Assembly: GCA_964016885.1 (NCBI GenBank)
Contig: OZ024743.1
Coordinates: 340,876,001 to 340,940,000, forward strand
DNA from: Eledone cirrhosa
Lineage: Eukaryota
Reading direction: 5' to 3'
Length of the DNA stretch: 64,000 nucleotides
Part shown: piece by piece, positions 27,740 through 41,319 of the stretch
How positions within the stretch are numbered: the first letter of the stretch is position 1
Layout: each line of letters begins with the position of its first letter
The notes under the pieces: generated by a model
What the model was told of the DNA's origin: nothing
The model's database searches: none
What the model saw: only the letters and a program-made list of their open reading frames with translations
Position numbers and translations under genes: made by a program

Positions 27740-29420
27740 TCACGTTACGTTATAGATGAACCCTTTATCGAGACGATGATTCCTGAAAGCAGTAATCCTT
27801 ACACTTAGAGGGTCGAGTTCTGTCACTGAATAGTCTGTTGTGTTGGATTATTTTAGTGACACTGGATGGCGTAATATTCTGTGCTTCATTAGGGGTGTTC
27901 GAATATGAGAAATTAACATTATTGCAAGTAATAAGGGCTAGTATACATTTAATAGCCACCACTGCTTTAGGGGGTGGATTATTCCATGTGAGGTTCTGGG
28001 GTCCATTTCTTCGCCCTTTTCCAACGTTATTGTTAGGACTGTACATTATTTTTTCCCGTAAACTTATTACGCCGGAGAGCTTCGTAATAGTAGGAAGCAT
28101 GGTCGTCAAAGGTTGACCAAGATACTGGAGATTCTAAGGGCTACATTTTGTTACACTCTGTTCTTAATTATTATCCAGGGGGCGAATTAGCAGAGTCGTT
28201 AAAACGTTGGACAACATTATTTGCGGTATTCATTCCTGCTCACTGCTCTCTGAGTTCAAATCCTATCAAGGTCAACTTTGCCTTTCACCATTTCGAGGTC
28301 GATGAAAAAAAGTACCAGTCTAGCAGTGAAGTCGATTCTTCCTCAATATCTTTTCCCCCCTTTCCATCTTTGGAAAAAACCTACTGTGTTCAGACGTGGA
28401 GAAGGATGGGCTCCACCAGGCTTAAAATACCCAAGAAACACCGTACGTTACTCCGTCACCGCTAAGACTCCATGAGGAGTTAAGGTGCCATACATAATTA
28501 TAGACCTAAGCTGGTCAGATTTTTCATTAATGTAATGTAGAGATTAATTCAGATAATATAGACATTTGTCTGGGTTTAGAGTAATATCTAAAAAGTTAAC
28601 CTTGCTAAGGTTTAATTCAATCGTAATCTTAAAGACAAAGTCCTTAGAATAGAATATAAATATTTCCAAATACGGTCAATTGTATGCGGATTCGTATCTG
28701 TCATAGCAACCCATCACCATACCAATACAGATATTTTCTGAATATTGGGAATCTCTTTTGCACTATATGCAATTAAGTCTATCAAATCGAATAGAGACGC
28801 TGGCATCACTGTTGACATTGAAAGGAGTGCGATGGGGTTTTTTCTTCAGAGGGGTTCTTTATAATTTACAATTGTGTTAACACCATGAAGAATTTCCCTA
28901 TGTTCATGGTTTCCCATCCTAGTTATTGACTCAACAAATTCTAGCAGTTGGGTTATAGATGAATAATAGTCATAAATGTCGACAACTAGGTAGTCTTAGT
29001 TCTATCTTTATTATCCATGTTGTAAAACTATACAATTATTCATCTAGTCTTTATCCAGGGACTGAATCTACTTCTATGTTTTATTAAGGCGATTATCTTG
29101 TCCAGAATCTTGTATATTCGATCTATTTCTGATTTCGTAGAGTTTATTAGTATGTGATTCTTTAAAGGATAATATGGTTTTTAGCGGGGTTAGGAAGATT
29201 GATTTTAACGTGTATACACAGTTCGTGGGTTATGTTTCGTTGTTCATCATTTATTTGGCTATGAGGTAACTATATATGTCTTCTTATAGTTAACTGTCAG
29301 GCTGATTCAAATAAATCAAATGTATTATTCTATGTAAATCTAGGTGGTATGAAGTACTTATGTCTCACTGTCTGGACTGGATTAGGCCGATGTGTGTGTT
29401 ATGAAAACCTATAATTTATT
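27740..29420 (-). mobile_element. Highly decayed PLE relic, interrupted by a SINE at ~28180-28330
   Basis: RRNGPQNLTWNNPPPKAVVA..NNVNFSYSNTPN..IIQHN resembles the PLE thumb/linker motif (R.IIWFNPP...K.SYSC.PN...I..HN). The remainder is only faintly recognisable. Confidence 0.5.
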
Positions 29421-29461
29421 TACCTTATTGTTGGAAAGCAGTGTAGTTATCTCTCTCTCTC

Positions 29462-29495
<34 letters not shown>

Positions 29496-29497
<2 letters not shown>

Positions 29498-29706
29498 AGA
29501 AAGTGAGGTTTTTTTTACAAATTGAAAAATAACCGAGGTGTCCTACACGAGTGAAAGTATAAAGAAAAAGAGATGAAATCGAAAATGCAACTGGAGTCTT
29601 ATTTTTTTTAAAAATATATATATTTATTTGGTTCGTTTACCGGTTTCGCAGTTCTTCTGCTTTTCAAAAGGTGAGTTGAGATGGAGGGTCTGTGGTTTTT
29701 CTCACA
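29496..29706 (-). mobile_element. Family B element with intact U3-A8 HHR core (29635-29670)
   Basis: Minus strand: cuu UUGAAAA GCAG aagaa CUGC GAAA CCGG UA aac. Ends cctcactttctaa|tatata. Confidence 0.8.
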
Positions 29707-29756
29707 ATGCGGGATATTTTGCAAATGCTATATTATATTATTTACATTCATACTCA

Positions 29757-29882
<126 letters not shown>

Positions 29883-30276
29883 TGTATGTGTTTGTGTGTG
29901 AGTGTACACGCTATGTAATTCTTATTTCCTTTGGTTTCTTTTAGCTATACGCTTAGATATCAGGATATATATATAGATGAATCGATAACCTGTCCTTGGA
30001 AACCCAATAAACACTGTATCTAATTACCTATAAATAAGTAATTAGAGACAAATATATCTATGGAACTAAATCATGGAACATATATTATAATGCACGTCAG
30101 CCTATTAGTGTGTGAAGCAGTGAATATATATCTCACAAATCTTTGTTTTAACACTGTACAAATTATCTGTTAAAAGAAAATCATCGCTCAATTACGTGCA
30201 TGAATTCACTTAATACAATACCTCATAATTCTGAGCAGGCAACTCGTTCGACTTTAGTTTTAACGATCTCTACTAT

Positions 30277-30445
30277 AGGCACAAAGCCAGCGATTATGTC
30301 GATTAAATAGACACCAGTGCATTACTGGTGCTTATTTTATCGATCCTGTAAATATGAAAAGCAAACTAATCTCGGCGGGATTTGATCTCAGATCATAAAG
30401 GGGAGTAACTCTATGCTGTAAAGCATGGCGTCCGATGCTCGATCG
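30277..30445 (-). mobile_element. Family-1 SINE, diverged
   Basis: ctggtgcttattttatcgatcc...ctcggcgggatttgatctcaga...aaagcatggcgtccga. Confidence 0.75.
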
Positions 30446-31077
30446 ACGCAACCATGATCCAACGACTGTCTTCGACAAGGAAGTAGAGATATTTCTATGC
30501 AATTCTTTGGTGTTATGATAATTATATGTTAAAGACTGTATCGACTAATTTTCGATTCACTGTTATTGTAATTATTTAGCTCCATATATGACATAAACGA
30601 ACAGACCAATGGTCAAAGGCGTTCTAGCAGTTATCTTTCTATTTTATTTGTACATCTGAACTCACATTTATATAATGTATCGTTGTGTTTATTTATGACT
30701 GTATAGTGGAATTTGAAAGAGATGGTACTCCTATTTCTAACATGCCAAGTAACAGTGTAAAGGATCCGTCCTTTACCCATATTATTGCTATTTTTTAATA
30801 TTAATTTCCAGATTGGACATTTTATCAAATGACGTCCAACGTTGTTTTTGCCGCTATATCTATTAGATTGCACATTCATGTAGTGCTGCTCTTTTCCCAG
30901 TACTAATCTTTCGCTGGTTTCCTTCTTTAGACTCTAGCTATGTAAATATGTAAAGGTACTGTCATATTTACCCCAGTACCTATTCTTCAAACCTAATCCT
31001 TTTTTGTTGAACAGATAAGTTATAGAACAGACACAGAAAAGACACAAACGGAAGCACAGACACACATCCACACAAAC

Positions 31078-31146
<69 letters not shown>

Positions 31147-31211
31147 CGTGTGCGTCTGAGTGTGCGTCTGCGTGTGGGTATCTGTATGCCTGCGTATGTA
31201 TGTATATGCGT

Positions 31212-31807
31212 GTGTTTAATGCGTAATAATCAACATCAACAAGCATTGTGAGGCACCTGTTTGAATAGAATATCCATATAGCTGCATAATAAAGGCATTA
31301 CACACAATATATGGAGGCTATAGTCTTGTTTCATACCAAAAGAGATCGTTTTGTTGGTGATAAGGAATCCATACATCTGCTTGGCAATCCCTGGCATATT
31401 TGCAAAATATCCCGCATTATTCAGTCGTTAGAATATGAATTCAAATTAGGATATGCACAGGACATAGACAATGGAAAAAACAACGGAAAAAACGGACAGT
31501 CCCATATCCTCTGTCAACCTCTAGAAACCATTACGGTTTCGACATATTAAAGTGGATACCATTCATTCCAGTGCACATTGGCATACAATAAAACAAGTAG
31601 AGAAAAGTTATGACTTAACGCGAATTACACAAATATAGAAGAACAAGTATCCCAAGTGCGTCAACTGACAAATAAGGGAAAAAATGGTGCTCAAGAGTTT
31701 AGCCAAAAGAATATAAAATATAGACAAGAGAGAAATAGCAAAACACAAGAGAATAATATGGATTGTAATCCGACGCAGACAAAGAAGAATGACAAGACGG
31801 GCGGTGT

Positions 31808-31868
<61 letters not shown>

Positions 31869-31888
31869 CTCTCTCTCTCTCTCTCTCA

Positions 31889-31945
<57 letters not shown>

Positions 31946-32555
31946 TAGACAGAGATCACACCGCCCGGCTTGTCATTCTTCTTTGTCTGCGTCGGATGAC
32001 AATCCATATTATTCTCTTCTGTTTTGCTATTTCTCTCTTGTCTATATTTTATATTCTTTTGGCTAAACTCTTGAGCACCATTTTTTCCCTTATTTGTCAG
32101 TTGACGCACTTGGGATACTTGTTCTTCTATATTTGTGTAATTCGCGTTAAGTCATAACTTTTCTCTACTTGTTTTATTGTATGCCAATGTGCACTGGAAT
32201 GAATGGTATCCACTTTAATATGTCGAAACCGTAATGGTTTCTAGAGGTTGACAGAGGATATGGGACTGTCCGTTTTTCCGTTGTTTTTTCCATTGTCTAT
32301 GTCCTGTGCATATCCTAATTTGAATTCATATTCTAACGACTGAATAATGCGGGATATTTTGCAAATGCTAAATGCCAGGGATTGCCAAGCAGATGTAGGG
32401 ATTCCTAATCACCAACAAAACGATCTCTTTTGGTATGAAACAAGATTATAGCCTACATATATTGTGTGTAATGCCTTTATTATGCAGCTATATAGATATT
32501 CTATTCATACAGGTGTCTCACAATGCTTGTTGATGTTGATTATTACGCATTAAAC

Positions 32556-32557
<2 letters not shown>
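31212..32557. repeat. Long inverted repeat (~600 bp near-identical arms) centred on (CT)n(TA)n(GA)n
   Basis: 31212-31812 is the reverse complement of ~31955-32557. The ORF track shows the same peptide MRQLTNKGKNGAQEFSQK on both strands. Confidence 0.95.
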
Positions 32558-32612
<55 letters not shown>

Positions 32613-32621
32613 ATGGAGAGA

Positions 32622-32648
<27 letters not shown>

Positions 32649-32653
<5 letters not shown>

Positions 32654-32879
32654 TAAAATAACAGATTAAAGTTTAAGCAAAGAATCGGTGCTTTCACCCT
32701 TAACGGGATCTTCTTCGGGTTAGTTTCAGAAGATCCCGTTAAGGGTGAAAGCAGCGATTCTTTGCTTAAGCTTGAATCTGTTATTTTAATCAATATTTGC
32801 TCTACGGTTCATATATATTTGATATATATTTATCCTTATCGAGCCCTCTTTGGATTTTAGTCTTCAAATTTATTATTAT

Positions 32880-32885
<6 letters not shown>
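32649..32885 (+). mobile_element. Family E TA-abutting repeat with fold-back; inverted copy at 33840-34018
   Basis: aagatcccgttaagggtgaaagcagcgattctttgcttaa...ctgttattttaat...gctctacggttc...ttatccttatcgagccct...ttattattattac|tatata. Confidence 0.8.
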
Positions 32886-32949
<64 letters not shown>

Positions 32950-33593
32950 TCTCCATCTTAACATGCTAACCATACTCCCACACACACATACGCACACACA
33001 CAACTCCCTGCCCCATTTCTACTAATAGAATCATCCCCCCTCCCACATACACACGAGCACACATATAAACATACATATCTCTACTTTCTTTATTTCAATA
33101 GAAAGTCTGAATTCTGACACCCCAGCTCACCAGCCATATTCACTGAACAAGAACAATTCTCCCCATCCCATTTCTTTTGTTTGGCACAAGATTCTCTAAA
33201 AGGCTACAAAATAAATTCCCAAATACGTGCGCGAAATTTAATGAACTTGTTCACGTGACAGTCATAATTTCATTTATAACCAATCAAATTCATTTCAGCA
33301 CATCAGTAATACTCAGAACAACTCTCGCCATCCCTATATTCTTGATCATTATCTTTTGTTTGGCACAAACTGGCGCGAAAGCTGATGTACTTATTCACGT
33401 GACTGCATCAACCAACCATACTCACTCATATATGAAAAAACAACCTCAGCCCGTTGTTTGAAGAACTTTGTAACGCGAACTGGCGCGAAATTTATTATAC
33501 TTATTCACTAACCAATCAAATTACTTCTCTAAAAACCTGGAATTTCGAGCCACTTTTTTCCATATAAAACAAGTAACATTCAAAGACCAACCA

Positions 33594-33795
33594 GATGTGA
33601 GAAAAACCACAGACCCTCTATCTCAAGTCTACTTTTGAAAAGCAGAGGAACTGCGAAACCGCTAAAGGAACCAAATAAATATATATTTTTTTTAAAAGAA
33701 AGACTCCAGTTGCATTTTCGATTTCATCCTTTTTTCTTATACTTTCACTCGTGTAGGACACCTCGATCATTTTTCATTTTGTAAAAAAACCTCAC

Positions 33796-33803
<8 letters not shown>
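33594..33803 (+). mobile_element. Family B element with U3-A8 HHR motif (33632-33667)
   Basis: cuu UUGAAAA GCAG aggaa CUGC GAAA CCGC UA aag. The 3' end is at (TA)n. Confidence 0.8.
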
Positions 33804-33843
<40 letters not shown>

Positions 33844-34017
33844 ATAATAATAAATGTGAAGACTAAAATCCAAACAGGGCTCGATAAGGATAAATATATA
33901 TCAGATATATAAGAACCGTAGAGCAAATATTTATTAAAATAACAGATTAAAGTTTAAGCAAAGAATCGCTGCTTTCACCCTTAACGGGATCTTTTCGTTA
34001 ATCTGTTATTTTAATAA

Positions 34018-34103
<86 letters not shown>

Positions 34104-34329
34104 TTTACATTTGTTGACATGGGCACAGAAGCCAACGTGAACTATCGATTCTTTTAACTGCTCTATAACAGCAAAAACTATGTGTAGGAATATTAACTTT
34201 GGTGTATATCAGTATATCATACCGATTCGTTCATCAGTGCCCTTGTAGAACGAATAGGCGGACACTGATGAAAGAAACGTGAGAATCCCAACAGTTTTAC
34301 AAAGAAAGAGTTGAGATAATTATAGATTC

Positions 34330-34700
34330 CTCTTTACTTGAACCAGAATATGTTGGTTTCGACACCTGAAAAAATTGATTATAGGCAAACTAGGAATACG
34401 GGATCTCATCAACAGGTAATCCTACAAGGTTAAATTTTCCGTCTTACACATTGCTTCTCTATTTTAACATTTCGGGCCGAATTCTATCCTCTCCAGCGGT
34501 CTGAGCTCTTTAATTGCTCTTGCGACCTCAGCCTCCGAGAGATTTGTCATCGCTCAGAGATGTACATCAGAAGGTGCTGTTGTGATCGAGTTTAAGAGAT
34601 CAGCAAAGTATTCTCTCAACCTCGCAAGGAAGTACCTCTCTGAAGAGAGGAGTCCCTCCGACGCATTCCTAATAGCAGGTGTGAAGGAGAACTTCTTATT
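34330..34700 (-). mobile_element. RTE-like LINE fragment
   Basis: AIRNASEGLLSSE..LARLREYFADLLN resembles the EN-RT linker (RW.EYF.DLLN). Decayed RT domain 0 follows. Confidence 0.55.
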
Positions 34701-35646
34701 ACGCTGTGTACATATATGTGTTATGTAATAATACTTTTTTCCAATCACACGAACATAATTTTCTGTAATACAATCTGTCGCCTCATTAAAAGTTTCGTTT
34801 CTACGTTGTAAAAAAGAGCGTAAAAAAGTAAAACCTACAACCTTTATGATAGTTCTGAAAATATAATATACATGAATTAGTATCTTCGTTAACAAGTGTA
34901 TTACTAATCGAAGCGACATTACACAGAAATTACGCAAGTTTAATTATCAGGAATTAGATTTTGCCTTCTAATTTAGAAACACGTAACTTATGTTATTATA
35001 TATTTCTATCACGACGATTAACAGTTACATTGATAATAATTACGTAATATTCAGCAGAAATGAATTTCATTCTCCAATCAACATAAGGTTTTGAACATAT
35101 TGGAAACATTAAACAATTTAATGATCCGCTAAAATAAGTAAAACATTAAAAATATGAATACACTTATAATTCGAGAAAATTACGATATAAATTGATTAGA
35201 TTCAATTATTGATATAACCATATATTCAAATTGTAATGCAGATATTTCATCTCTTGGGCACGATATTCTATGCAGCGATGTTGGTGTTAATTATAAAGGT
35301 GATGCAGTCGGTAGTGACTAATGCAGTGGCAGTAGTGTTGGTGGGAAGGCGCCACTGCTAAACAGAAAGAACATCCTAGACTACATTTAACTGAAAGCCA
35401 GCAGCGAGCTGATTGATAAATACTCTCTCATCAACACATTGAAACATATAGCCCACAGATGTGTTCTGTTGGAATCTACCGATACTACGTCTCTGATTTC
35501 TCGGAAATAGCTACCCCCTTACCTGATACCCATTTCCTCACAACCAATTCTCCCCCTCTCCCAATCTCCGCCATATATATATGTATATATGTATATAAAT
35601 ATAATCATACATATATATATATATATATAATTATATATCATATATG

Positions 35647-35694
<48 letters not shown>

Positions 35695-35939
35695 TAGGAT
35701 GTGTTTTCGCATTGAATCGACTGATAGTCTGGAGTTAAGTCAAATACTCAACTTCCAAATGAAGATTATTTGATTGCTGTTTCCTTCCTTTGTATCCACA
35801 ACTGTACACACACACACACACACACATACACACCCAACACACACATACACACACATACACACACATACACACACACACATACATACACACATACACACAG
35901 ACACCCACAGCCAAACACATATATATATATATATATAAG

Positions 35940-36223
35940 TAAATACCCCGTTCGGACACGAATGCCCATGGGATTTGCAGCTAGAAAACTTCCCTCCTAG
36001 GCACAAGTCCATGCATACCAGCCTCGGATGATGTCCAAGGGAAAGGCAATGCCCGATATAGCTTGGCACCAGTGACGTCGCAACTCATTTCTACAGGTGA
36101 GTAAACTGGAGCAACGTGAAATAAAGTGTCTTGCTCAAGGACACAACGCATCACCCGGTCCGAGAACCAAACTCACATCCTTCCAATTGCAAGTCCATTG
36201 CTCTAACCGCTAAGCGATGCGCC
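35940..36223 (-). mobile_element. tRNA-derived SINE (family 2-like)
   Basis: Minus strand ggcgcatcgcttagcggttagag (A-box), gtgtccttgagcaagacactttatttcacgttgctccagtttactca..gtagaaatgagt. Confidence 0.8.
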
Positions 36224-36635
36224 TTGATATATATATATATTTGAAGGCGCACACACACACACACAGACACACACACATGCACACACACACACACACACAC
36301 ACATACACACACACAAACATATATATATATACCTGTTAAGTAGTCTTAATATGTATGCTAGGAGATTTTGAAAGCGAAACACTCTGCGTCTTTTTATACC
36401 ACCATGCTGCCTCGGCAAAGGAAACAGTATGTATTATATCTTGTTCAATTTGCCTTAGCTCTTGAAGAATTAAACTCTCCTGAAGATTAAGCGGATTCTT
36501 CAATTATTGGTGGTTCCAATAAGAATTCTTCCCCACACGAAAAAATGGTAGCGAGATCTATATATAAGTAGGGTTGGATAGAATGCTTTTTTTGTCTATC
36601 TTGTTTGCGCTCCCATAATCAGAGTTTGTTCTCAC

Positions 36636-36696
<61 letters not shown>

Positions 36697-36840
36697 ACGT
36701 TACGAAAATCATCCATCGTAGATGTTGTATCTCGTGGCTGGTGCAGGAACGGAGTTAAGTATTTATTAAAACAACAAATGGCCTGACAGGAAAAATTACG
36801 TTAGACATTTTATTTCTGCGAATGCACAAATACATAACTA

Positions 36841-37095
36841 TCATCCTAATATGGTGGAATCAGGGTGGAGTATCTGCAGATTTCTCATCAGTTCTGCATA
36901 AATATTCTCCTTTTCATTAATCTTTGATATTATATTGCCATCTGCTGGGCAGCTAATTTCCACTACTGTGCACGCCTTCTTTTCCCTGTCCCATATCATA
37001 ATATCTGGTCTGTTATGCCTGCATTTTATTGGGGTTTTTACTGGAACATTCCAATAGTACTCTTTCATATTATGTACATGGATGTCTTCCACATT
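36841..37095 (-). mobile_element. R4/Dong-like non-LTR fragment with restriction-like endonuclease
   Basis: YYWNVPVKT....HNRPDIMIWDREKK.C.VVEISCP.D.NI..K..EK...Y.EL (PD-(D/E)xK RLE motif). Confidence 0.8.
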
Positions 37096-37174
37096 GCTGT
37101 ATGTATGTATGTATGTATGTATGTATGTATGTATGTATGTATGTATGTATGTATGTATGTATGTATGTATATAT

Positions 37175-37520
37175 ATAAGGAAAAAAGATGAACTCGGAAA
37201 TGCAACTGGAGTCTTTTTTTATAAAAATATACATTTATTTGGCTCCTCACCGGTTTCGCAGTTCTGCTTTTCGAAAATAGAATTGAGATGGAGAGTTTGC
37301 GGTTTTTCTCACAGATGTGAGAAAAACCACAAACCCTCCATCTGAATTCTACTTTTGAAAAGCAGAAGAACTGCGAAACCGGTGAAGGGGCCAAATAAAT
37401 GTATATTTTTATAAAAAAAAGACCCCAGTTGCATTTTCGATTTCATCTTTTTTCCTTATACTTTCACTAGTGTAGGACACCTCGCTTTTTTTTTATTTTG
37501 TAAAAAAACCACTTTCTAAT
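37175..37520. mobile_element. Family B fold-back palindrome
   Basis: Arms ~37175-37313 and 37317-37460 meet at ctcacagatgtgag. The HHR triplet here is GUG, which is predicted non-cleaving. Confidence 0.85.
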
Positions 37521-37742
37521 ATATATATATATACACGCGTGCATGTTTCTGTGTGTGCTTATGTGTGTATGTGTGTGTATGTATGAGGGCGTGTGGGTGT
37601 GCGTGTATAACGTCAGATTTTCTGCTTCGATAATATCAACAGTTGATTGCGCAAATTTTAAATGGAAGCGATGGAGATAACCGCCGACTAGACAATCAGG
37701 AGAGTCGAGAAATTTGTGTTTGTGACAGGAATAGACACATTA

Positions 37743-38311
37743 ATAATTGTTTCTACTTTTGGCACATGATATAATATAATATAATATATTATAATATAAT
37801 ATAATAATATAATATAATATAATATAGCATAATATAATATAATATAGCATGATATAATATAATATAGTATAATATAATATAATATAGTATAATATAATAT
37901 AGTATAATATAATATAATATAGTATAATATAATATAGTATAATATAATATAGCATGATATAATATAATATAGTATAATATAATATAGTATAATATAATAT
38001 AGTATAATATAATATAATTGTTTCTACTTTAGGCACAAGGCCAGCAATTACCCAGTTCATTACTGGTACTTTATTTTATCGACCTCGTAAGGATGAAAGG
38101 CAAAGTCAACCTCGGCGGGATATAGTATAATATAATATAAAAGTTTCTACTTTTGGCACAAGGCCAGCAATTACCCAGTGCATTACTGGTACTTTATTTT
38201 ATCGACCCCGTAAGGATGAAAGGCAAAGTTAACCTCGGCGGGATTTGAACTCAGAATGGCAAGGGCTGTAACTCTATGCGTCAAAGCATGGCGTCCGACC
38301 CTCTACCGATA
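37743..38311 (-). mobile_element. Family-1 SINE copies (38143-38311, 38016-38120, tail 37743-37766) with an expanded (AATAT)n tract
   Basis: Reverse complement of the SINE body. The pentamer repeat 37768-38015 derives from the SINE tail. Confidence 0.85.
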
Positions 38312-39714
38312 TTTTAATAACACGGTCATATTCATTAAGCACTTCAAAAGTATATAAATATACATATACCGACGTCATAACATTTCCACATTTTACTGTA
38401 ACTGTAAGGATGAAACGCAAATTCACTTCTATGGTAATTAAACTTAGAACGTAACAAACTAACTAAATACCACACAATGTGTTGAATATCACTCTAACGA
38501 TTGCAGTAACTCGCTGGCCTCAATGAAAATATCAACAGGCTGTTGTGATATATCACATCACGTAATTACTGTTAGTAACAGCCAACACATCTTATTCGCT
38601 AGAATCTCGTTCGTAATCTCGTCAGACTACATAATAAACCTGTATTTAAACAGGGAACAGTCTACTATCAACACAATTTGCACTCTGTATCTTTGCGAAA
38701 TACGCAATTATTCTCCTCATTAATCATGACGTATCCATTATCATTTACTCGTTCATAAGATATACGTTTATAAATTACTCGTTCATAACATGAACGTCTA
38801 AAGGGTACTAAATTATTTGGAACATGTTTATAAGATACCCGTTAATACAATAGAAATTCAATGATCAAGTTATTCGGGATATTCGTTTATAAGATATTCA
38901 ATCATAAATAGTGAGAGATGGGGAGAGAGGGAGAGACAGAGCCAGTGACAGTGAGAGTTTAGTTCAATTGTGTTCAGACCTGATGGATATGTATATATTT
39001 ATTTACCATACCACATTTACAGATACGAGTGTGTAAAATACTTGGTAAATATTATCATTTAGACGATAGTTGTTTCTAAGTTGATAAGCTGCACTATATA
39101 TTATACGCATATAAATATAGGATTCAATCTTGTATTGGTATTCTACCAACAATAATTGAGTACCAGTTTATATATGTAGAGCGTTCTTGAAAACTAATAT
39201 ACTTAACAAATTACTGGTGTTCGTATTTGTACACAATATATTTGTGGACAGAAAAAGAGGGATCAGTCGGATTTAGTTGTATCATGCATTGAGCTTGCAT
39301 TAACACCTGCGTGCCCTCATGAAACAGTGTATATGTGGACAAGAAAAGAAGATATCTAGTTGCTGACCTGTCAACTCGCCCCGTCCGACGGGGGATCTTC
39401 CAGCAACTTTGGTGCGGGTGACAGATGTCTTCTCTTGTGAAAATGGGTATAGATTTCATTATGTAAAATCTCCCCATTATGCCTCATTTCTCTCCGTACC
39501 TTTTTTCATGAAGATTTAAGGATTTAGAGGTTGGCAGTTGCTCATAAAATACCAACATATTATGGAAACTAGTACGGCTGATTCCCCTTTATCTGCCCCA
39601 CAAATTATTGTATATAAAGACTACGTAGAGTATGGATACATTCTATAACTCAGTATATAGCATTGAAACAAAACTACTAAGGCACAAGTATATTATCACT
39701 AGCTTGCTGTTGTT

Positions 39715-39902
39715 GTGGATTGGCAGTATCAGTAGAGGGTCGAACGCCATGCTTTGCAGCATAGAGTTACGGCTTTTTACGCTCTGAGTTCAAATCTCGC
39801 CGAGGTTAACTTTGTCTTTCATCCTTACGTGGTTGATAAAATGAAGAACCAGTAATACACTGGGATAATTGCTGGCCTTATGCCAAAAGTAGAAACGATT
39901 AT
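39715..39902 (+). mobile_element. Family-1 SINE
   Basis: ggattggcagtatcagtagagggtcga..gagttcaaatc..ccaaaagtagaaacgattat. Confidence 0.9.
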
Positions 39903-40315
39903 TACTAGCTTATAAGTTATGAGTTTATAAGATAGCAATATACTAATTGATAAAACAATCGTTTCTTATGAAACTTGTTTACAACCTAGTTTATATGTAT
40001 AGTTTATAAATAAATATCAACAGGTTTTCCTGTGCTATAACACGTAATTTCATGTAACATCTCATCAAAAACCTCTCCCACGAAGGTCTTCAGTCATATA
40101 ATATCAAATCTCATAATGGAAATATATTTAAATAGAAAACAATCTAGCATTACCACAATTAGCCCTGGATATGTTTGTTAAATACATTAATACTTTCCTC
40201 ATCAATCACGACATTTAGTTTCTTATCTATGAAGTACGAATATACATGACTACACAGCTACATAAATCACGCTCGACCTTCTTGATATAGCAACAAATTT
40301 ACGTGAAATCACCTA

Positions 40316-40387
<72 letters not shown>

Positions 40388-40483
40388 TATATATATATTA
40401 TAATAATAGTAATGAGTATAATCGATGTTGCAGCTGCAAGTGGCATATATATATATATGTGTGTGTGTATATATATAAATGGG

Positions 40484-40535
<52 letters not shown>

Positions 40536-40555
40536 TGTGCGTGTGTGCGCGTGTG

Positions 40556-40664
<109 letters not shown>

Positions 40665-40767
40665 GTGTGCGTGTGTGTGTGTATAGTCGGACAAATAAAA
40701 TAAAATAAACACAGAGATGCAAATATACAAAGTTTTACTAATATCGCGCTTGGTAGGTGGAGGAAGG

Positions 40768-40801
40768 TTCTACGTTTCGGACGGAAGTCGTTCGTCAGGA
40801 A
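40768..40801 (-). ncRNA. Minimal hammerhead motif in a PLE-like terminus (~40685-41000)
   Basis: uuc CUGACGA ac GAC uucc GUC c GAAA CG UA gaa. Stem I is 3 bp and the core is intact. Confidence 0.65.
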
Positions 40802-41319
40802 ATGGAGAGATCGCCGTATAGAGAGAGAACAGGTAGGTACATGAAATGTTGGAAAACTTGTTAGGTTGGGGTTGTTAGGTGAGTGGTCTGGCATTCGGAA
40901 GTGGGGCCGAATTGGAGTGCCCAGGTGTGGCATGTCCAGTTGTATATGTGCTGATAGGGTGAAATTGATTGGTGTGCATTATTGCTTCAGCTCGTGTATG
41001 TGAACATGTACGTGTCTCTGATTGTTGATGTGAGCACATTGGTGTATATATATTCAATTATACTACACGGCTCGGAAAAATCACTTTCAAAGAGCTATTT
41101 AATTAAAAGAGACTATTTTGAGTTTGTAACTTAATATATACCTATGATATATTCGGCTCCTTCAATTTGTCGAGCTTATTTAAATTTCGAGTAAACTTGG
41201 CTGCTATTAGTAGTATACGTTTGTGAGACACGCTAGGTTCTGATGCCATGTGCGTTATTTTATATACGCACACTATTCAGTCTTCTGAGATACTTAGAAG
41301 TGAAGAGTTTACTAATTTT

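Noticed and set aside
32715-32762. Family E motif cagaaga uccc guuaa ggg u gaaa gcagcg as a hammerhead
   Set aside because: It resembles an HHR stem II plus GAAA, but lacks a clean CUGANGA and the U16.1-H17 site in all copies seen.
37768-38015. Regular repeat array as CRISPR-like or coding (YYIIL)n
   Set aside because: It is a simple (AATAT)n expansion of a SINE tail with no unique spacers, in a eukaryotic context.
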